Origin: Macrostomum lignano
Lineage: Eukaryota
DNA length: 64,000 nt
Assembly (NCBI GenBank): GCA_002269645.1
Contig: NIVC01001470.1
Coordinates: 1 to 64,000, forward strand
Direction of reading: 5' to 3'
The notes beneath the pieces were generated by a model that made no database searches, was not told the origin of the DNA, and worked only from the letters and a program-made list of their open reading frames with translations. Both the position numbers and the translations under genes were made by a program. Below, in pieces: positions 1-9,300 of this stretch (within the stretch, counting starts at the first letter, position 1; the number at the start of each line of letters is the position of its first letter).

Positions 1-719
1 TATTTGCCTTATTTAGAGTACTTTTTCTATCTATTTTCTACTTCTATTGTTCGTATCAGTAGTAGTACTCGTAATAATACATACACGTGAAGGAAAATAA
101 ATATACCTTACTATTATGAACAGCCAATTCATGGCTCTGATTCACTGTTGCCAGGAGCAGTAATCCAGCTAATATTTGTAAAAATATTTTCCTTTTGTGC
201 GTTTTCAGTTTGTTTCGCAGGTCTGAAACTAAATAAATACACATAAAGTTTTATTATAATAATACAAGTTGTTCTTTCATTGTTATTTTTCTGAAGTCAA
301 CGAGTTACTTAACTGATTTTTGCATTCCTTTTGCCTGCATGATTTGACAAGCAACCCCGACTAGAATTTTAATACACTCAATGCAAGAAGTTTTTAAAAT
401 TTGTATCACTGATTAGCTCGTGTGTTGCTTAAATGATCACTGATCAATATCAATTTCGACCATAATACGTGTGCGTGTATTGATTTTGCATGTATACCAT
501 CTATATGTGGTTGACTCAGAGTGGATTATAGTTTCAGGACAACAACGTGAGAAAAAAACAGCATGGGATAGCTGATGCTGCACTATATTATGCATGTACA
601 TGTAGATATTTAGCAGACCATTTAAGACCTATAACTCAAGGGTGTCGCCACGTGGGGGGGATGGGGATCATGTCCCCCCCCCCCGTGAAAGTCAATATTT
701 GCTTCAGGGCGACAAATAT

Positions 720-1581
720 TGATGTGTTCCTTATTACCCGACTTTCGATAATCAAGGAACAATCACTTCTAGCTCAACAGCTAGGCAACCCAGTAAGTCA
801 AACGAAGGTATTCAATTACCTTTAATCCGGATTTGAATTTCTTGAGTAGTTCTCGCTAGAACTTGTCAGTAGATCTCGTAGATCAGGCGCCTTGATTCTT
901 CAGTTGCTCTGGTCCTGGTTCCTCTTGTACTTCCGATAAGTTCTTCCGGCCGGTATCTTCCGTCAGGACCAATCAGAGGCCTCGTAGCAACAATGGGTAC
1001 CCTGCGCCAAACTGCGGTCTAAATTAAGCCTCCTTCTTCTAGCAGTGCCTCTATGCACTCTAGGTATAGCTCCGGAAACCACTGATAGTCCTCTAAGATC
1101 TATCAGGGGCAGTCCTTCTGGAGACTGCAACCAATGGAGTCTAAACAGACTCAAGAGTCTCAACAGACTCAATTAGACTCAAGTCTCAATAGACTTGAGC
1201 GAGACGTCTCTAACACAACGGCGCAAATAAGGAAGGCTTACCGCAACAACTCGACCGAGTCTCGATTGACTTGGTAGATCAGGAAGTCCTCCTAAGGCTT
1301 CCTCTTCGGAGCGCTCCTCTTCCGTGGGGAGAATGGCTCCGGTACCGCTTCAGATCGCTTGTATTTATAGACAAGTTTTTGATCCAAAATAGTATCATGA
1401 CAATTCACGTGTTGCGCTAAAAGGGGAAAATGGCTCATGGCGTATTATTCTGGTAACATCTTTTTCTGGTAGCGTGATTCATTCAAAGCTTAGGCGCACA
1501 TGCGTGTACTTACTTACTTATAGTAGTATTATACGATTATCTTCTTTTTTCCTTTTTTAACGGGAGGTAGAACACTCTACA
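720..1581 (-). repeat. 3' LTR (862 bp)
   Basis: Matches 11529-12392 except for two single-G indels seen by eye. Minus strand starts TGTAGAGTG and ends GAACACATCA. Confidence 0.96.
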
Positions 1582-1584
1582 AAA

Positions 1585-1596
1585 TCTCCCTTTTTT
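1585..1596 (-). other. Polypurine tract (AAAAAAGGGAGA)
   Basis: Purine run 3 nt upstream of the 3' LTR on the element's sense strand. Confidence 0.8.
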
Positions 1597-1823
1597 ACGA
1601 AAAAACTCGTCCCGAGTTTTAACAATGAAATAAAAATCTTGGGTAATTGAATTATTCCATACTTTAACTTTAAATTGGTTACATAATTCTCTTTATTAAC
1701 ATATATGCACGTAATATACATTGTGTGTTAATAAAGGTTAGTGGTGTTGAGTCCACGCTCAGTTAAAGTTAATCATGTCTTCTGCCGGGGATACCTGCTG
1801 TCCTCGCGCTGCTGCCGAGGCAT

Positions 1824-2456
1824 TCAGCCGAAGCTTGTCCTGAGCAGGCTGCTCACCTGATGCGTGGTTCGCGCCACCAGGGATGCCACTGCCCAGTACA
1901 GCGACTGAAACTTAGTGAATCGCGGATCCTCGGTCCGCTCCAGCAAAAGCAGATAGGCCTCTATGGTCGTAAGCGGTTCTGCTGTACGCACCATAGTCCT
2001 GGCGATGTCTAGTAACCACCGCCAGTCGGCCTGATGCTGAAGCGGCCATGGCCACGTTCGTACGGCGACGGCCAGCTGTTCCAGGGTTAGCTCATCCGGC
2101 TCCGCCAGCGTTAGCTCCGGTACGGCGAGCATCGGTGCCAGTAGTACGGATGCTGTGTTGGACAGCGGAGCCAGGCACACGGTGCACGTCATGATGTCTC
2201 GTGCACCGTACCGCTGAAGACAGCTGAAACACACCCAATGCCGATTTGAACAGAGTCGTACATTGGGCTGGTCGCCGCAAAGGGCACATTGGACCCGCGG
2301 TCTGCGACAGACGGGGCAGGCGGTAAGGATCGTCACGTCGCCAATTTCTCGCGCCCGCTCGTCGCAGGGGAAGCACACCTGGTGCCCCCATTCACAAGTC
2401 GGGAGCATCGGCTCCCGTGCCTCGAGGCAGCAGGGGCAGGTATCCATCTCGGTCAT
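1824..2456 (-). CDS. Accessory ORF B: tandem double RING finger (C3HC4, C-x3-H spacing) protein, 210 aa
   Basis: CPCC-x10-CEWGH-x2-CFPC-x15-CPVC and CALC-x8-CSNRH-x2-CFSC-x11-CTVC. ATG at 2456 is immediately preceded by a branch point and CAG acceptor. Lies inside the LTR element. Confidence 0.85.
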   Translation of the reverse strand: MTEMDTCPCCLEAREPMLPTCEWGHQVCFPCDERAREIGDVTILTACPVCRRPRVQCALCGDQPNVRLCSNRHWVCFSCLQRYGARDIMTCTVCLAPLSNTASVLLAPMLAVPELTLAEPDELTLEQLAVAVRTWPWPLQHQADWRWLLDIARTMVRTAEPLTTIEAYLLLLERTEDPRFTKFQSLYWAVASLVARTTHQVSSLLRTSFG

Positions 2457-2526
2457 CTGTGGGCGATAGGTATAGGTATAGTTAGAACGATTGAGGATTA
2501 TTCAAGATACGTAACAAGCATATGTT

Positions 2527-3195
2527 CTATCGGTGAGACCTAAAAAGCCAAATAAAATAGCTACGTGAGAGCACTAATCGTTTAAGCGCGTGGCAGTATA
2601 CGTGTAGCGTCCAGTGAAATGATTCGTGGTCATGCAAAAACTGCCGCAACCGTCGCTCAATCTCCAAGGGTGACATATGACGCAAAAATCCTTGATTTCT
2701 ATGAGCATATAATAGTAGCTGTCGTCGCGACCGCTGAACGAAGCGAGGTACAGGCCAAAACTCCAGCCGCCGTTCGATACTCATAGCGGTTAAGGTGTGC
2801 ATAGTGTAAACGGATAAACAACGCGCTGGGTCAGGTATAATCCGACACCATTTCTTAAAAGTGTTTTCGCGGGGCATACTGTTACATAAGGGGCATCCTA
2901 TAATGCCCCTACTAGCGGTTTGCTTCAAACAGTGCATGCAAATAAAATGTTGGTGGTTACAATATTGAAACGTGCGCCAAGAATAACAATAGGCACATTG
3001 TCGCAAACTATCTCTACAGAGGGGACAACTCTGCCAGGGCTGAATATAGTGTGAATCACTTAAACATTGTCCGCAAACTTTATGTCCATTGATGCAAATA
3101 GTCGGTGGCTTGACAGCCAAGTCATCAGTTAAACATATCGGGCAGTCATATAGCTGCTGAGGCTGGGGCGCCTGTTTTGACAGTGCGTTGCCCAT
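2527..3195 (-). CDS. Accessory ORF A: N-myristoylation-signal, tandem double RING finger protein, 222 aa from ATG 3195
   Basis: The track start at 3207 is TTG; the first ATG gives MGNALSK. Fingers are CPIC-x12-CINGH-x2-CGQC-x12-CPLC and CAYC-x8-CNHQH-x2-CMHC-x11-CPLC. Confidence 0.85.
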   Translation of the reverse strand: MGNALSKQAPQPQQLYDCPICLTDDLAVKPPTICINGHKVCGQCLSDSHYIQPWQSCPLCRDSLRQCAYCYSWRTFQYCNHQHFICMHCLKQTASRGIIGCPLCNSMPRENTFKKWCRIIPDPARCLSVYTMHTLTAMSIERRLEFWPVPRFVQRSRRQLLLYAHRNQGFLRHMSPLEIERRLRQFLHDHESFHWTLHVYCHALKRLVLSRSYFIWLFRSHR

Positions 3196-3315
3196 AATTG
3201 TCGTCAATTTGTCGCTGTCTTTGTGTCGCTCGGATTAGTCGCCTTTTACGACAAGCTTGCGAAGCTGTAGTGCTATTCTTTATCCCGGTCACTACACGGG
3301 GTTGTTCTCTAAACT

Positions 3316-6300
3316 CTAGCGTGGTCGTAGGTTGTAGCCATGTGGCTGGCTCACATCTGTCGTTTGAGTCTCCTCGTGCTTCGTCGCGATGTGGCGGTTC
3401 GTTGAACGCGTGCGATCAGCGTTGTCTAATGTCGGTAGAAACGTCGCTGTGTCAGTGTTGATCTTCTTTAGTCGATGAATGTGTACGTAGAACTGGTGCT
3501 GATGTGGATCTTGTACATTAGCCAGGCGTGCCGTTGTTGGTGACGTTAGTTGGACCACTCGATAGGGTCCTTTGTACTTCTGTGCATGTTTATGCGTCTG
3601 CTGTGGCGGGTAGTGTAGGTAGACGATGTCGCCGGCCGTCAGGGTTGTCGATCTCGCGTCGTTGCCGGTGGTCAGAGCCACCTGGTTGTCAATGTTGTGC
3701 TTGGCGATCTTCCATGCGAGGTGTAGTTGCGTGACGAATTTCTGAATGGAAGTCGGTACTTCCACGTACTGCGATGGTAGCAATTGCTGTGCGAGCAGAT
3801 TCGGCGGTTGGAAGTCTCGTCCAAACATTAGGAAGAATGGCGTATTGTCCGTTGATCGATGAATAGCGCTGTTGTAGGCCATTGTTACAGATTGCAGGTA
3901 GATGATCCAGTCTTCCGGCTGTTGGTGCGCGAAATGTGTAATCATCTCGTGCAGGTTGCGGTGAAACCGTTCAACCATGTTTGCCTTCGGATTGTAGGTC
4001 GATGTGTAGATCTGCGTAATGTTGAGAATCCTTACGACTTGCTGAAACAGTTGCGATGTAAACTGCGATCCGTTGTCCGATGTGAGGTTCTTCGGCGTGC
4101 CGTACTTGCAAATGATTTCGTTGAAGAAACTCATTGCCACTGTCTGAGCTGTGATGTCCGGTATCGGTATGGCGATAGCAAACTTCGAGAAGATATCCAA
4201 GGCGGTTAGAATGTAGGTGTAGGCGATGCCCTGGAGACAGCTCGGTGGTAGCGGTCCGGTGATGTCGATGCTTAGACAGTCCATTGTAGTCGACTTCGGA
4301 ATGGACTGTAGCTGCGGTTTCTGTCGTCGTCCTGTCTTTGATGCAGCACATGAATGGCAGTTGTTGCAATACTGCTTGATGTCGCCGTACATAGTTGGCC
4401 AAAAGTAGTATTGTTCCACTCTCGCGATGGTCTTTGCTGCCGACAGGTGTCCAGCGAGTGGGTTGTCGTGTAGCTCGTTGAGAATTGCTTGCCGAAACGA
4501 ATATGGTATGTAGATCTTGGGTTTATTGTCGCTCATCCAGTAGAGCCGTGACTTATTGATTGTTAGGTGTTGTCGTTGCTTGCGTAGGAATTTTCGTTCC
4601 ATGGGACTGAGTTTGATGTTCTTGTCGTCGTCTTTAACCGCTTGGTAGAAGTTGTCGCGCTCGGTTTCATCCACCAACTCCTTGATGTTAGGGATTGGAT
4701 GAATGGCGTTGACTTCATAGGCTCTTGACAGGGCGTCCGCGGCTTTGTTGGTAATTCCTGGTTTGTAGACGAGTTTGTAGTTGTAATCCTGGATCTTGAG
4801 TGTCATTCTGATGAGTCGGTTGTTGGTCTGTCCTTTTGTAGTTACGACGTAGGTCAATGGTGCATGATCCGTGCGTACTATCGTCTGTATTGGAGAACCA
4901 TAGATGTAGTAATGAAACTGTCGCAGGGCGAACAAGACTCCTAGTAGCTCTCGTTCCGTAGCTGACCACTTTGTTTCATTTGGTTTGAGTGCTCGACTGA
5001 CGTAGGCAATAGGTCGTTCCTTCTTGTCCTCGGTTTCCTGTAGTAGGACTGCTCCGAGTCCCGTTCCTGAGGCGTCTGTCTCGATGATGAAGGGCTTGTC
5101 GAAGTCCGGATGCTGTAGCAGTGCGTCTGATGTCAGCTGTCGTTTGATTTCGTCGAAACTTTCCTGTTGTCTCTGTGTCCAGTTGTCTTGCTTCCATTTG
5201 TCGAACTTGAGCAGGTCGTACAGTGGCTTTGCTGTCTTTGCGAAGTTAGGTAAGAACTTCCTGAAGTATTGCGCAAGTCCAAGGAATGATTGGACCTTCG
5301 TTATACTGGTTGGCGTAGGAAACTTCTTCACCTTTTCCACGTTGTCTGGGTCCGGTGAGATTCCTTTGGCTGTCACCTGATGTCCCAGGTAACGCACGTT
5401 GTCTCGGAAGAATTTGCATTTAGTTGGTTGTAGCTTCAGACCTTGGCGTTGAATGAGCGCTAGGGCCTTCTCCGTAGCTTCGTAGAGTCGCTCGAAATCC
5501 TCTCCGTAGGCTAAAATGTCGTCGACATAGTGCAGCAGGTTCGTGCATCCTGCTAGCATGTATGCTGTTAGTCGACTCATCGTTGCTGGGCTGTTGCTAA
5601 GTCCCATCGGCGATCGATTGTACTCGTATACTTGTCCATTGTAGGTTTTGAAAGCCGTGTACTGTCGTGACTCTTTCTCGATTTCAATTTGCCAAAATCC
5701 ATGACGTAGGTCGAACACCGTGAACAATTTTGCCGTGTTGAGCTTTGCTAGTAGTTCGGAGATCTTCGGTAGGCTTTGCTGATCCGTCGGTATGTACTTG
5801 TTCAACAGTCTGAAGTCGCATACGAGTCGTCTTTCGTTTGTCTCCTTCTTCTGTACCAGTAGGCACGGTGAGGAGTAAGCCGAAATAGCTTTGCTGATGA
5901 TGCCGTGCTTTAGCATTTTATCGATGATTTCGTCAAAGTGTTGTTGCAGATGCTTGGCGATCGGGTACGGCTTGCACTGAATTGGTTCCGTGTGCGGCAG
6001 AAGTTTGATTTCCTGTTTGATGTCCTTGGCTCGTCCGATGTCGTAATCATGATGGCAGAAGGCTTCGTTGTACTTCCACAACAGCTGTCGAACTTTCCTC
6101 TTTTGCTGTTCCGTAATCGGGCTGTCATCCAAATTGATCTTCTTTTGAAATTCTTCCTCTGTTAGTCGTGGAGTCGCTTGTTCAATCAGCATAACCGATG
6201 CTTGGGTGTTGAGATGACCGATGCACATTCCTTGTCGTAGATGAACCGTTTCTGTGTTCGGGTTGAAGATTTGTACTGGCAGTTGCTTATCCTTTGCAAC

Positions 6301-9300
6301 CAGCACTAGTGCCGTAGGCATCATGATTTGATGTTTTGCCGTGACTCTCCTGTGTGGATCAAATATCATTGCTTCATCTGCCGCGCTGGTCGTTTTCGCT
6401 CTGACCCAGCATGCGCTTTCAGGCTGGATAATGACATCTTGCTGCAGAGTTACTTTCGGTAGTACTCGAATCTGGTTGATCAGCGGTTGCTCCACCGTGT
6501 CGATCCTAAACGTTTGCTTGTTGAAGTCGAAGGTCAATGGTAGTTGAAGCTGCTTGAACGTGTCGATTCCAACGATGACGTCTTGGTTTGGTAGTCTGTC
6601 GATGATGTACGTCGGGACCGTCAGCTGTTTATTAGCAATTTTCAAGTCGATATCTGCTTTTCCTAGGATGTTGAGTGAATGTCCTCCTGCTCCTGCAACT
6701 GCGATTGCTGCTGGTCGTACCGCGAGTCGTAGCTTGTTGCATAATTGTTGCGAGATGACTGTGATCGAGCTGCCTGAATCCAGTAGTGCTCGACATGGCA
6801 AGTTGTTGACAATGACCTGAGCCATTGCTTTGCCAATCTCGGCGTGTAGCGTACAGACGTAGTTTTCCGGCCATTTTGGCTCGTGCTGTTCTGCTTGATA
6901 GTTGGGTGGTTGTATCCTTGGTGCCGTTGGTGTTGTCGGAATCGATGGATATAGCCGCGTTGCTAGTGTCGGTTGCCCTTGAACCTCACAATGTGCAGTT
7001 TCTGTTAGTTCTAAACTGTTGTCGCTTTCCGTTGTCGTTCTTTGCATTATGGCATTCACTGTCTTCTTAGCTCTTGGACAAGTTTGACTGAAGCACCGTA
7101 CGATCGATGAAATGATGAAGATTGCCGTGACAATCCACACAATGCAAGCACCGTAGAAGATGAATCCTTGATAGAGACTGCCTCTTCCATTGAGCAGCTC
7201 CCAGAAGCTATTTGTCCAAAATGATTTGATGGCGCTGTCCATTGAAACAAGGACGGGAAATCTTCCTGTCCCGGTTCCTTTGTCCTTTCTTGTGAACAGC
7301 TGGTGAATCATCTTGCGTTGGGTGATGAACGCTTGCAAGAAGTCGTTGATCGTCCATCCTGGTGTTATCTCGTCAAGTTGGATATCGGCGAATGGCGTAT
7401 ACTTCGTTCTGTTGAATCGGATTTTCAAATCCTCCATGTCGTAGTTTTCGTCGACGATTACTTCCGGTTCTGTGACGTTTGCTGTCGTTCCAGTTGTTTT
7501 GATGACGTGTAGTGCATTGTCCAGTTGATAGTAGTTTACTGCCGTGGTGCAAGGTCTCGGTATTGCGGTGCCAACGATGATGTTGTGTACCGTGTCCAAG
7601 AATCCCTGAATTCGTTTTCCTTCGTAGAACGCTTCAATCCTTGGCTTATCGTAGCAGGTTGTTGACGTGTTTGACGGCAAGATGTTAAAGTGCTGTATCG
7701 GCGTGCACTTGTATATCAACAGATGCTCGTATATTGGAACTGCCAAAACGTTCGTCATTCCGGTGATTTTACGAAAAGTCATCGTAGGGTTGACATAGTA
7801 GTTTTGTCTGGCATAATTTAAGTTGATTGCGTGCATTTTGCAAGTTAGCTGGACCAGTGTTCGATGCAAGTGGTTTAACTGGTTGTGTAGATTGTGATCC
7901 AAAGCCGTTATCTTTGCTGACAACAGCCGGTTTGACACCAGTTTGGGACGTTCGATGTCACGTCGTCTTCTATTCTGTTTTTCTTGTTGCTGATACGTTC
8001 CATTGATGATTGCCAAGAAGGTTTGTTTGTCTTCATCCTTTACGTAGACTGGTATCTCTTGTTCCGAGATGAATAGTGTCTTGTCTGTATCCTTGCATTT
8101 CAGTTTTTGCTCGACTGGTTTCTTTTGAAACGTCAGTGCCAAGTCTCCTGACTTTGCCAAAAACGTATTTGACAGTAGTCCTCCTTCAACTGTGTGATAC
8201 TTTTGAAGCTTGCAGTCAATTTCCGGCTCAACTTCCCACGCGAAGAAGTATTGTCGTGATTTGTACGGTTCCTCATAGTGTGATTGTGCTCTGTGCTCAA
8301 TCTGCCATCGATAGTCTTGATGATATGTTGGACTCAGTGGTAGACTGTGTAGTTCTTCCTTCCGTAGAATCGGCGTTGGACACCATCCTTCACTGTATCG
8401 ACATTCGCTTAGTTGCAGCTGTAACGATTCCATTTTCTCGTACGGATTGTAGTAGAATGGAATATTTCTGATCAAGTAGCTGTTGCGTGCCATATATTCT
8501 TTCCATTTTCCGAAGAAGTGAATATATCGACCGTTGGCTGAATTCTTTGTTCTGAACAGCTGTGCGTTGCCGACCTTCTCATCTGGTTCCAGTTCACCAT
8601 CCTTTGAAAATAGTGTTTGATTCCATTGTAGGCATTCCGCGTGCGACACATGTAGCTCATGTTGTTTAAATCGGATCCGGTTCCATTGTCCGCGCCAAAC
8701 TTTTTCCACCAGGTGCTTGTCTCTGAAGCATACTATCCCGTGTTGTCGATGCTTCTTGATGTTAGCCTTGTAGAGATCGAGTGTAATCTTCTTTGGTTTT
8801 GTCTGGTTTGTCTTGAAGTAACTGCATTTGATGTCGGTTGGTATCTTGTAGATCATCGGTTGGATATGCGCATCCGTTGGACAAATCATTGGCTTTTCCG
8901 TTGCCGTTGCTTTGGCGACTACTGCTATCAGTAGTATCACGATGATCCAGAATAGCCAGTTTTTCCACTTCTTGGATTTTGCCGTTGTCCTTGCTGGCAT
9001 TGGCTGCGATCGCCATTCGTTATCTTCCATGTCCGCATCATATTCTTTCGGTTGTTCCATTGGCTGATCCAGGCGGAAGGCTTCTGATTCGCTTTGCTTT
9101 TTGGTTATTTCATTATCTTCGTCTGCGGCTTCTTCCGATGTTTCCGTTGTTTCACTCCATTGCGTTTGGTATCTTTTCTCTGTCTTGTAGTCGACCGTTT
9201 GAATATAGGCTTCACCATTTCGTTTGTATCGGATCTCGTAGCATTCGTCGCTGTCGGAACTCGGCTTTTCTTTCACCTGTTCTTTTTCCATTTCTTCATC

